From a virus (lineage: Duplodnaviria > Caudoviricetes), in the IMG/VR virus record IMGVR_UViG_3300037478_000021, positions 1-28,347 of that record: a stretch of 28,347 bases of DNA. One strand, written 5' to 3'. The number at the start of each line of letters is the position of its first letter. The first letter of the stretch is position 1. The notes under the pieces were generated by a model, which worked only from the letters and a program-made list of their open reading frames with translations, had not been told where the DNA came from and did no database searches. This document shows positions 17,574 to 25,312 of the stretch, one piece after another. The position numbers and the translations under genes were made by a program.

Positions 17574-17726
17574 GTGCCGTCCCTACGTGAAGCTCTGGCA
17601 AAGGCGCACCCCACCCTTTCCGACCGTGAGTTGAAAACGATTATGGGTTCAGCCCACGCTTGGATTAAAACCCATCCTACTGAGTCTGTAGAGACTTGGT
17701 GGCACACTTGGTTTCAACCTCGATAA
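17574..17726 (+). CDS. Hypothetical protein (50 aa, Trp/His-rich C-terminus)
   Basis: Not in the ORF track. AAGGAG plus GTG; MPSLREALAKAHPTLSDRELK...ETWWHTWFQPR*; fills the gap between neighbours exactly. Confidence 0.65.
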   Translation: MPSLREALAKAHPTLSDRELKTIMGSAHAWIKTHPTESVETWWHTWFQPR

Positions 17727-17736
17727 GGAGCATAAG

Positions 17737-18000
17737 ATGAAGAAACTTGTAGCAGTTCAAGACGTCGATAATGAGGGCTTCATGGCCCTTATCGGCAAGC
17801 GTATCACCTGCTTTTGCATGAACTATATTTACACCGGCGACCTCACCGGAGTCAACGAGACGTGCATCCTTCTCGATAACCCGTCTATCGTGTACGAGAC
17901 TGGCTCGTTTGATACGAACACCTGGAAAGACGCTCAGAAGCTGCCGAACAGTCTGTACCTTCAGACGGCAGCCATCGAGGCTTTCGGCGAAGTCAAGTGA
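17737..18000 (+). CDS. Sm/Lsm/Hfq-like fold protein (87 aa)
   Basis: AAGGAG RBS; LIGKRITCFCMNYIYTGDLTGVNETCILLDN fits the Sm1 pattern and LYLQTAAIEAF resembles Sm2. Fold assigned by eye. Confidence 0.6.
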   Translation: MKKLVAVQDVDNEGFMALIGKRITCFCMNYIYTGDLTGVNETCILLDNPSIVYETGSFDTNTWKDAQKLPNSLYLQTAAIEAFGEVK

Positions 18001-18212
18001 CGCGCGGCCGTAAACAGAAATGGTCTGGGTCTGGGTCTTGGTCTGGGTCTGGGCCTAGGTCTAGGTCTTGGTCTGGGTCTAGGTCTAGGTCTGGGTCTTG
18101 GTCTGGGTCTGGGTCTAGGTCTAGGTCTTGGTCTGGGTCTGGGTCTTGGTCTTGGTCTTGGTCTGGGTCTAGGTCTAGGTCTTGGTCTGGGTCTAGGTCT
18201 AGGTCTTGTTAG
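17997..18212 (+). CDS. Low-complexity (W/G/R)-Ser dipeptide repeat peptide (71 aa)
   Basis: GTGA start/stop overlap with the Sm-like gene; basic leader MTRGRKQK followed by 31 dipeptides and a terminal Cys. Confidence 0.55.
   Translation: MTRGRKQKWSGSGSWSGSGPRSRSWSGSRSRSGSWSGSGSRSRSWSGSGSWSWSWSGSRSRSWSGSRSRSC
18021..18206. repeat. Tandem array of 31 hexamers DGGTCT (D = T/G/A)
   Basis: Counted directly: 9 TGG, 12 GGG and 10 AGG units, with one GGGCCT variant. Confidence 0.95.
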
Positions 18213-18233
18213 AATAGAATAAGGAGCGTACAA

Positions 18234-18401
18234 ATGAACATTGTCACTGGTTCTGGTCGTCACCGTAAGGTCTTCGAATTACCTTGCGCCACCATTGTCA
18301 AGCGTTCACCTGAGGGTGAGCAGAAAGAGGCCGCTTCAGTTGTGTGCTCGCTTTTGGGGATCAAAAACAATGCCCGAAAACCCGTACAAGCATCTGCCTG
18401 A
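18234..18401 (+). CDS. Hypothetical protein (55 aa)
   Basis: Not in the ORF track. AAGGAG plus ATG; MNIVTGSGRHRKVFELPCATIVKRSPEGEQK...VQASA*. Confidence 0.65.
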   Translation: MNIVTGSGRHRKVFELPCATIVKRSPEGEQKEAASVVCSLLGIKNNARKPVQASA

Positions 18402-18528
18402 GCTAAGCGGGAAGGAGGCGCTCCTTTATCTCGCCCTCATAATCCTCATAGGGTTTAGCTTGACGGGCGGTAAACTACCTCCTGTATCGCCCATCCTTGT
18501 CATAAGTTGTGGAGACGAGAGACAATGA
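18370..18528 (+). CDS. Small membrane protein (52 aa)
   Basis: MPENPYK...ALLYLALIILIGFSL TM segment; its stop overlaps the next ATG. Confidence 0.5.
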   Translation: MPENPYKHLPELSGKEALLYLALIILIGFSLTGGKLPPVSPILVISCGDERQ

Positions 18529-18614
18529 CAATTCCTCTTTCTTCCCGTATCGGATTAGTCTTAGCGTTCGTGTACGTCGCCAGCATTCTGGTGATCGCTA
18601 ACACCGTCGCCTGA
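18525..18614 (+). CDS. 29-aa membrane peptide
   Basis: ATGA overlap and upstream GGAG; MTIPLSSRIGLVLAFVYVASILVIANTVA*. Confidence 0.55.
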   Translation: MTIPLSSRIGLVLAFVYVASILVIANTVA

Positions 18615-18829
18615 GACTTACGCCTAGCCGCCGTAAGCTAGGATTACGGCTGAGGGTTGGTGCACACCAAGAGTAGAAAGCACCGCCGAGGGAGGGTAAC
18701 AAGCAGGACCAGATGGACGATTTTGTAGGTCTGAACTCTGGGAGGATCGCTAAACACCCTCCCTCACTTTTCTCCATCGAACTTTAAAAAGTTCTTGACA
18801 CTCACTAACTCTTTGAAAAGGTTCTTGAA

Positions 18830-18994
18830 ATGACGACTCTGTGCCAGCGTGATACCTTCCTTCGTGAGCGTCACCGCCTCATCAAGAAAGGGTTCATCCG
18901 CCCTGCTTACGCCATGCAGCCTCAGTTGATGGTGAAGGACGAGGGTGGCAACTGGGTGCCTGAAATCAAGGTTATTTCGGAGACTGTGCAATGA
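18830..18994 (+). CDS. Hypothetical protein (54 aa)
   Basis: Not in the ORF track. MTTLCQRDTFLRERHRLIKKGFIRP...; ATGA overlap with the next gene. Confidence 0.6.
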   Translation: MTTLCQRDTFLRERHRLIKKGFIRPAYAMQPQLMVKDEGGNWVPEIKVISETVQ

Positions 18995-19200
18995 CGATGT
19001 TTTTTCTCAGCCTAGGATGGATGTTTCTAGCCATCTTGTACATCTTAGCCGCGTTCGGTACCGGTCATATTATACAAGGCTGGATCTTCGATAATGGTTG
19101 GTGGGGTCCTGTGGCAATCCCGTGGCTATGGACGTCCTTCTGGCTTATTGCCGTACCCGCCGCCACCATCTCTTTAACCCTCGAAGGAGCTCCTAAATGA
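18991..19200 (+). CDS. Small two-TM membrane protein
   Basis: Two hydrophobic Trp-rich segments; ATGA coupling at both ends. Confidence 0.7.
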   Translation: MTMFFLSLGWMFLAILYILAAFGTGHIIQGWIFDNGWWGPVAIPWLWTSFWLIAVPAATISLTLEGAPK

Positions 19201-19556
19201 CCAAGAAAGTTCGCCCCGTTCCAGTAGGTTTGGTTCTTCCTACGCCGAAGACGAAGCCGGAACCAATCGACAACACTTCCCTTGTCAACGATTTCCGGGC
19301 TTCCGGCGGTCAAATCCTCCACGTCCCACCTCGGCAAGGACGTCGTGGGGTTACAGCCGCCTTCCGTATCCTAAACAGTCGGATCGAACTGGCTACGGCC
19401 GTTCAACACCGTGCCGATACGTTCACGAAGAAGATCGGAACAAGGACGGCTATCGCTCATTTCCACGCCGGACACACGATTTTCCTTCCTATCTCTCGTC
19501 AAACGAAGAAGGATGTCATCTCCGACTTGTCGGGTTTCTTAAACTATTACCTGTAA
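19197..19556 (+). CDS. Hypothetical phage protein (119 aa)
   Basis: AAGGAG RBS; coupled to the upstream gene; D.F.KK.G motif. Confidence 0.75.
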   Translation: MTKKVRPVPVGLVLPTPKTKPEPIDNTSLVNDFRASGGQILHVPPRQGRRGVTAAFRILNSRIELATAVQHRADTFTKKIGTRTAIAHFHAGHTIFLPISRQTKKDVISDLSGFLNYYL

Positions 19557-19568
19557 TAGGAGACAGTT

Positions 19569-19919
19569 TTGCACAAGGTTCACGTCTACGGGACACTTCG
19601 TCCCGGAAACTCCCCCGTCGTTGATGTACCCGGAGAAATCCGTGATCTAGGCTGGTTTCCCGGCGCTGTCGTCAAAGCTCCCGACTTCGGGAAGACGTTC
19701 AAAGCAGAGATCATTGAAGTCGATGACGAGGGCTTAAAAAGGCTTGACAGGTATGAGGGCTACAGCGTCACCGATCCAGCCCACTCCCTCTACGTCCGCG
19801 TTCCGTACCTTGATGGTTGGATTTACGTGTACAACAGGGATATGTCGAACAAGCCAAAGATTGAGGGCGGTGACTGGCTGGGGTACACCAACTCTGAACG
19901 CGGCGTTGCTGCTGTTTAA
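19569..19919 (+). CDS. Gamma-glutamylcyclotransferase (GGCT/AIG2-like)
   Basis: VYGTLRPG, DLGWFPG, LDRYEGY, LY.R and WIYVYN motifs; AGGAG plus TTG start. Confidence 0.9.
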   Translation: MHKVHVYGTLRPGNSPVVDVPGEIRDLGWFPGAVVKAPDFGKTFKAEIIEVDDEGLKRLDRYEGYSVTDPAHSLYVRVPYLDGWIYVYNRDMSNKPKIEGGDWLGYTNSERGVAAV

Positions 19920-19956
19920 CCTGACGGTTAAGTCAGATAGAAACTGAGAGGTTATC

Positions 19957-20427
19957 ATGGACGTAGTAGTACACGGCGGCAAGTGCTGCGGTATCAAGAC
20001 AATTCGGAGTTTTCCGGGACAGCCAGACCACAAAGTCCCCGCAAGGGTGGCGAAAGACAACGACAAGCCCGATCTTCTCGGTGCTTCCCAGAACATGGGT
20101 AAGCCTTTCCACGCCCCAGCTCTTCCAATTGAGACAGGCAAAGAGCGTTTGGACAGGCTTATTGAGTACGTCCGGGAGAAACGTCCTTCACACATGGTTG
20201 AGGCTGTCCTGAACCAATGGCAACTTCCTTACTGGAGTGAACTACTCCGGGAACGAGGATTCCGGATGGTTACGACGTATACGAACAGCAACACCCAGTT
20301 AAAGATTTACGTCTTCCACCTCGTGTTTCACCAAGGCAAGCTCGTGAAGTCTGAGGACGTCGACAAGACGGTGGAGGAGTGGAACGACACCCAACCCTCT
20401 GTTACTGTACAAGGAGTACCAGCGTGA
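19957..20427 (+). CDS. Hypothetical protein, possible degenerate GNAT fold
   Basis: GAGG RBS; shares motifs with 21108-21848. Confidence 0.7.
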   Translation: MDVVVHGGKCCGIKTIRSFPGQPDHKVPARVAKDNDKPDLLGASQNMGKPFHAPALPIETGKERLDRLIEYVREKRPSHMVEAVLNQWQLPYWSELLRERGFRMVTTYTNSNTQLKIYVFHLVFHQGKLVKSEDVDKTVEEWNDTQPSVTVQGVPA

Positions 20428-20576
20428 GCAGCATGTTACGCCGTATTCAAAAGAACATCGCGAAAGGTCAAGGGTACCGTCGCGATAAGATAACCGGAAT
20501 GATCGTTGACAGCAACGGTGACTCCGTTGGTCCTCACTGGCCGAAGGTGTCGGCACCTACAAGACCTACTCCGTAA
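20424..20576 (+). CDS. Small basic hypothetical protein (50 aa)
   Basis: AAGGAG RBS and GTGA overlap; MSSMLRRIQKNIAKGQGYRRD... Confidence 0.55.
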   Translation: MSSMLRRIQKNIAKGQGYRRDKITGMIVDSNGDSVGPHWPKVSAPTRPTP

Positions 20577-21039
20577 ACACACCGGGGTAGAGAGACTGTC
20601 TAGCTGTTTTATACACCTCGTGAGCCTCTTCAGGGGTTTTGAATGTGCCTAGGTGGTGGTATCTTCCGTCTTTTATAATTCGGGCCTCGAAATTGCCACC
20701 CCTAGCAATCTTTACTCCTTTGTAGCCGTGCTTAGCTCTGATTTTAGTAGAATTAACACTGTTATGACTGCTTGTTATCGGCCGTAGGTTGTCGATCTTG
20801 TTATTGCTGGGGTTCCTATCTTTGTGATCCACTTTCTTAGGTAAGTATCCGTGATGGTATAGAAATATGAGTCTGTGGACTTGGTAGGTTCTTTCGTCTA
20901 TCATCAACTCCCAATACCCAGATTTCTTTTGCCAGCCCGCTTGATCGCCTATCTTAACTCTATAAGCTTTGGCGACTTTCCAGAAAAGTTTACCGTCTTC
21001 ATAGTTAAACAGTTCATGTAATCGTTTTTGAGTTATCAT
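20566..21039 (-). CDS. Free-standing HNH homing endonuclease with AP2-like DNA-binding domain
   Basis: VHRLIF, VDHKDRNPSNNKIDNLR (HNH_3); GYKGV..FEARI..HLGTFKTPEEAHEVY (AP2); more AT-rich than flanks; opposite strand. Confidence 0.92.
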   Translation of the reverse strand: MITQKRLHELFNYEDGKLFWKVAKAYRVKIGDQAGWQKKSGYWELMIDERTYQVHRLIFLYHHGYLPKKVDHKDRNPSNNKIDNLRPITSSHNSVNSTKIRAKHGYKGVKIARGGNFEARIIKDGRYHHLGTFKTPEEAHEVYKTARQSLYPGVFTE

Positions 21040-21059
21040 AAACCCCTACCTTTCAACCT

Positions 21060-21088
21060 ATTATACCATGAATGGGGTAGAATGTCAA
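21060..21088 (-). promoter_or_regulatory. Sigma70-type promoter of the HNH gene
   Basis: Exact TTGACA-N17-TATAAT with TGn, 20 nt before the HNH ATG. Confidence 0.85.
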
Positions 21089-21107
21089 GAAGAAAAGGAG
21101 ATGTCCG

Positions 21108-21848
21108 TTGGAATTTTCAAGATTTGGTGGTAATATCCCTACGGCTTATTGGGGTTGCTGCGCTTGTTGCATCGTTCAGAATTTCAAGGTTTCGCCATCA
21201 GACAAGGCGTCAATCCAGCTTGTCGGTGGTGACTCGTCGTCACCTATCATGTCCGGCAGGGAAAGCCTTTTCGCCGGTCCGACGTGGGAGGACATCTTCT
21301 GGCAGCAAATCAGGACGGGTACGTTTGACACGAGGGACATGCCGAACCACGCGTTCATCGCCATTCTTACGCAGTGGCAGCTTGCTAACAGCCCCGGTAA
21401 GGACTGGCTCGCCATCCTCAAGAAAGCCGGGTTTGAGTTCGTCAGGACGGTTAGTAACTCGGTGTATGCCGGTCAAGGTGTTGGTGGTGATCCTACAGAT
21501 CATTCGCCTAATTACATCTTCATGCTCGTCCGGAACATCGGTAACGGCGCCATCAAGGATCAGTTCACTCCGCCGAAAGAGTGGACAGACCTGCCCCAAG
21601 TCGTACCCGAGGCGTGGACGTTCTTGGACGAGAACAAACCACTCGAGAAACTGACGTCGGAAGTCCGAGAGGCCCAACGGAAGGTGTGGGACTCCATTCC
21701 ACCGGCTAAGTTCATGACTGAGAGTCAGGTTGAGGAGGCTGGTGCCCCTGTTCGGTACGCCGGTGTCCGTGGCGGACGTCTTCCGACGCTCAAAGCGAAC
21801 CTTCCTGCCACTAAGGCTGCCCCTGATCCGTTCCTTAAAACGGCTTGA
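21108..21848 (+). CDS. Hypothetical protein, paralogue of 19957-20427
   Basis: AAGGAG plus TTG start; GCCACC and AILTQWQL..W..ILKKAGFEFVRTVSNS motifs. Confidence 0.75.
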   Translation: MEFSRFGGNIPTAYWGCCACCIVQNFKVSPSDKASIQLVGGDSSSPIMSGRESLFAGPTWEDIFWQQIRTGTFDTRDMPNHAFIAILTQWQLANSPGKDWLAILKKAGFEFVRTVSNSVYAGQGVGGDPTDHSPNYIFMLVRNIGNGAIKDQFTPPKEWTDLPQVVPEAWTFLDENKPLEKLTSEVREAQRKVWDSIPPAKFMTESQVEEAGAPVRYAGVRGGRLPTLKANLPATKAAPDPFLKTA

Positions 21849-22091
21849 TGGTTACGCTGCGTTCATTACTGTAGGTCCGCTAAGAAAGGGAGGTTCGAGT
21901 CCCCCCGCCTCTGGACCGTGCTGTCGGTAACCAACTGTGAGAGTCTGGCAACGCCGATTGAAATAGATCGTAAGTCGTCCGGCCCACAACGTACGCAAAG
22001 AAACATTAACCGGTAATGCCTCCCGTCGTGAAAAGCGGTTCGGCCAGCGTCGCAACGACAAGGCTTGTATGTGTACGTCAGAGGTGATGTA

Positions 22092-22379
22092 ATGTCTCGC
22101 AGCCGGTGGGGCTTCTTCTCCGGAGGTGGCCCCACCAACTATTCTCTCATCCGAGGAGATTTCAATGTGATCCCTGACAGGATACGTAGACGCCTTCAAT
22201 GGGCGTTGAACATGTACGAATGGGGCTTCAAGTCTGATGCCTTGCAGATGCTGGAGAACGTAGCCCGGCACGTAACGAAGGAAGGAAACGAGGTGGATAT
22301 AGATGGTGTCGAAACGATGCAAACGGGAGAGGAGGAAAGCGATGGCCGCAAAGGCTTCGGCTTCGGGTTCCGTGCTTAA
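22092..22379 (+). CDS. Hypothetical protein (95 aa)
   Basis: GAGGTG RBS before ATG 22092 (the ORF track starts at 22065). Confidence 0.6.
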   Translation: MSRSRWGFFSGGGPTNYSLIRGDFNVIPDRIRRRLQWALNMYEWGFKSDALQMLENVARHVTKEGNEVDIDGVETMQTGEEESDGRKGFGFGFRA

Positions 22380-23169
22380 ATCCCGTAAAGTTCAGCTTAT
22401 GCCGGGAGGTACGGTTGAGTACCCCGATCTTTGGTTGAAGGTGTACGTAGAAGGTCCCGAGCACGAGACTCGTCCGTTCGCAGAGATGTTCGTCCGTTCT
22501 TGGTGCTCTAAAGCTGACACCCCTGATCAGGCGGACTTAGTGGTGTTCGCCGGAGGAGAGGACGTTAATCCAATCTTCTATGACGAAGAGGCCCACCCTC
22601 AGACCAGCTTCAATACGAAGCGTGATGAGAGGGACATGATCCTGTACGCCGATTGTCTCGACAAAGGTATTCCGATGCTCGGGATTTGTCGCGGTGCCCA
22701 GTTCCTTCACGTCATGAATGGCGGTAAGCTGTACCAACACGTCGATAAACACGTCGGGGAACATCCGATGTGGGACGTCAGGAACAAGATGATTATCGAG
22801 AAGGTTTCGTCGGTACATCATCAGATGTGTATGCGTAACGTCGCGAATGGTATGCAAGTTCTCGGTGAAAGTTCTGTCGCCACTGAACGGTGGAAGAACA
22901 AGACGGATAAAGTCCGTGGCTCTATGGCTGATGTCGAAGCGTTCTTTTACCGTGATACGTGCTGTCTAGGTATTCAAGGGCATCCTGAGTATCGTGGGTA
23001 CGATCAGTTCCTACGCTGGACGTTCCAGCAGATTAACGATCTCATCGTGTGCAACCCTGACATCGTTTTGGAAGAAATTCCTGATCTCGGTAGGATGTAC
23101 AGGATGAAGAAAGACCTCATTGAACAACGTGCTCAGAAATGGGCTGAAAAAGCGAAGGAATTGAACTGA
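22342..23169 (+). CDS. Class I glutamine amidotransferase-like / peptidase C26 (gamma-glutamyl hydrolase family)
   Basis: GGEDVNP, LGICRGAQ nucleophile elbow, SVHHQ and GIQGHPE (Cys-His-Glu triad); GAGGAGG RBS before ATG 22342. Confidence 0.9.
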   Translation: MAAKASASGSVLKSRKVQLMPGGTVEYPDLWLKVYVEGPEHETRPFAEMFVRSWCSKADTPDQADLVVFAGGEDVNPIFYDEEAHPQTSFNTKRDERDMILYADCLDKGIPMLGICRGAQFLHVMNGGKLYQHVDKHVGEHPMWDVRNKMIIEKVSSVHHQMCMRNVANGMQVLGESSVATERWKNKTDKVRGSMADVEAFFYRDTCCLGIQGHPEYRGYDQFLRWTFQQINDLIVCNPDIVLEEIPDLGRMYRMKKDLIEQRAQKWAEKAKELN

Positions 23170-24305
23170 TGTGTGGCCTCGTGGGAGTTGCTGGGAAGCT
23201 AGAGTACAAGGACGAGGCGATGATGAAGCGTCTCCTTGTTTTCGATTACTTCCGAGGACCAGACTCAACAGGGTTGGCGGCTATCCGTAACAACGGTGAC
23301 GTCAAGATGGCAAAGGCCGCTGTAAACCCTCTCGATCTGTTTGACATGCAAAAGTTCAAGGACGCCAACTCTGGCCACCCCTCGATTGCTTTCATCGGAC
23401 ACAACCGACTAGCTACGAAGGGTGGTGTCAATAACGTCAACGCCCATCCTTTTCAGTTCGGCCATATCGTAGGGGCACACAACGGTACCCTCGACCACTC
23501 GTCGTGGAAGGCGTTGGAAGAGGCTATCGAAGAGAAGCACGAGGTTGACAGCATGGCGGTCATTCACGCCATTGCTAAGCTGGGTATCGAAGAGACTGTT
23601 AAGCTCCTACAAGGGGCTTGGGCGTTGACGTGGTACGACCTCGAAGCCAAGACGATTAACTTCCTTCGTAACAAAGAACGTCCTCTGTGGATGGCTTACA
23701 CGAAGAAGTTCGACCATCTCTTCTGGGCGTCGGAATACACCACCATCGACTCCGCACTCAGGACAGCCAGCGGCGCTCAGTCTTACGACATGTACCAAGA
23801 GGAGGGAACAGGGCACCAGTATTGGGCAACCATGCCTGACTGGTGGTACAGGTGGGATATCGAGAAGCTGCGTACTGGTACGGACGAGTTCCCTAAACCA
23901 CGGGTCAAAGAGCTGAAAGGAAAGGAGCCTGCCCCGGCGTCGTCATACACGTGTGGGGCCTCAAATTTTCCCAACAGGAATTACAATTCGACCCCGACGA
24001 ACCACTCCGGCAGTGGCTCAACTCACTCCCACGGAACTGGAACGGGGGCCTCTAACGACAAGCCGAAGCGGGATTGTATCAACGTCGAAGGTACGGAAGA
24101 CAAACCGTTCGGTGGGTATCTCTCCGAAGATCAGTTTAACGTTATCGCTAGGCACGGTTGTTCATGGTGTTCGGCTTCGGTCGAGTTTACAGAACCGGGA
24201 GTAACGGTGTTCGAGTCACAAGGTCAAGTCTTGTGCCCATCCTGCTCGTCGGCTGACGGGACTACAAGGATGTACGTCCCTGATTTTAGTAAGATTGCAG
24301 GGTGA
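23169..24305 (+). CDS. Class II (Ntn) glutamine amidotransferase with C-terminal Zn ribbon
   Basis: MCGLVG, RGPDSTG, GHNRLAT, NAHPF, HNGTL; CSWC...CPSC after an S/T/G linker. Confidence 0.92.
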   Translation: MCGLVGVAGKLEYKDEAMMKRLLVFDYFRGPDSTGLAAIRNNGDVKMAKAAVNPLDLFDMQKFKDANSGHPSIAFIGHNRLATKGGVNNVNAHPFQFGHIVGAHNGTLDHSSWKALEEAIEEKHEVDSMAVIHAIAKLGIEETVKLLQGAWALTWYDLEAKTINFLRNKERPLWMAYTKKFDHLFWASEYTTIDSALRTASGAQSYDMYQEEGTGHQYWATMPDWWYRWDIEKLRTGTDEFPKPRVKELKGKEPAPASSYTCGASNFPNRNYNSTPTNHSGSGSTHSHGTGTGASNDKPKRDCINVEGTEDKPFGGYLSEDQFNVIARHGCSWCSASVEFTEPGVTVFESQGQVLCPSCSSADGTTRMYVPDFSKIAG

Positions 24306-24308
24306 GAT

Positions 24309-25298
24309 ATGCCAATACAGTATACAACCTTTGACCACAGTACTGATTTTTCCACTATGTCGGGTACTGAACTACTCAATCACTTGACTCAGCTGCACCA
24401 ATCTAAACAGCCTATTAAGGAGGAAGAAATGGAACCGATTACCCCTATGGAGGGGTTCACCTTCGGGTGCGATCCGGAGTTGTTCATCTTTAACGAGAAC
24501 GGAGAACCAGTGGGTGCCGAGGGCATCATCCCCGGTAACAAGTGGGAACCCTTCGCTGTCAACAAAGGCGCTGTCCAAGTAGACGGCATGGCGGCTGAGT
24601 TCAACATCGACCCTGCTTCGACGTTCGAGGAGTTCGACACCAATATCGTTACTGTGTTGAAAGAGTTGAAGAAGTTCCTTCCTAAAGGGCACACGTTGAA
24701 GGCCGTCCCTGCTGTCACGTTCTCGGAAGAGGAGTGGTCGAAGGCGTCTGAAGATTCGAAAGAGTTGGGCTGCATGCCTGACTTTAACGCATGGGAAGGC
24801 AACCTCAACCCGCCTCCTGACACGTCCGCAAACCCTCGGACCCGGTGTGCTGGCGGGCACCTTCACGTAGGTTGGACCAAGGACGCTGACCTCTCTGACA
24901 TCTCCCACGTCCTCAACGGACGTGACCTCGTAAAGCAACTTGATTACTATCTCGGGGCTTGGTCGTTGCAGAAAGACGGTGATCCGACTCGGCGGTCGCT
25001 GTATGGTAAAGCCGGGGCGTGTCGGTTCAAGCCTTACGGTGTAGAATATCGTGTCTTGTCTAACTTCTGGGTGACAACAAAAACCCAACGACTGGCTGTG
25101 TGGAACAGGATGCAAACCGCTATCCATGACATGCGGAGGAGTTTCTTACCGGAGGCCAAACCTATAAATTCTAAAAGGAGCTACGATTTCAGCGGCCTCC
25201 TTGTTAGCTCTATCAACAACTCTGTACGTGATCCTGACCTAGAGAAGGTTTTCAGGTTCCCTATCTCAACGATTGATGCAAGTTACCGGAGGTTTTAA
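24309..25298 (+). CDS. phiEco32-like COOH-NH2 ligase type 2 (start may be 24429)
   Basis: GCDPELF, DGMAAEFNIDPA, GCMPDFNAW, RCAGGHLHVG, RRSLYGKAGACRFKPYGVEYRVLSNFW. Confidence 0.92.
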   Translation: MPIQYTTFDHSTDFSTMSGTELLNHLTQLHQSKQPIKEEEMEPITPMEGFTFGCDPELFIFNENGEPVGAEGIIPGNKWEPFAVNKGAVQVDGMAAEFNIDPASTFEEFDTNIVTVLKELKKFLPKGHTLKAVPAVTFSEEEWSKASEDSKELGCMPDFNAWEGNLNPPPDTSANPRTRCAGGHLHVGWTKDADLSDISHVLNGRDLVKQLDYYLGAWSLQKDGDPTRRSLYGKAGACRFKPYGVEYRVLSNFWVTTKTQRLAVWNRMQTAIHDMRRSFLPEAKPINSKRSYDFSGLLVSSINNSVRDPDLEKVFRFPISTIDASYRRF

Positions 25299-25312
25299 TG
25301 GCTGAGTAGATA

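Noticed and set aside
21841-21917. Complete tRNA gene
   Set aside because: Only a T-arm is present; acceptor, D and anticodon arms cannot be built.
25298-25309. Plus-strand mini-ORF MAE* with GGAGG upstream and a hydrophobic read-through frame
   Set aside because: The hydrophobicity is explained as the antisense of the charged 32-aa peptide; no evidence of TAG recoding, since other genes here end in TAG.
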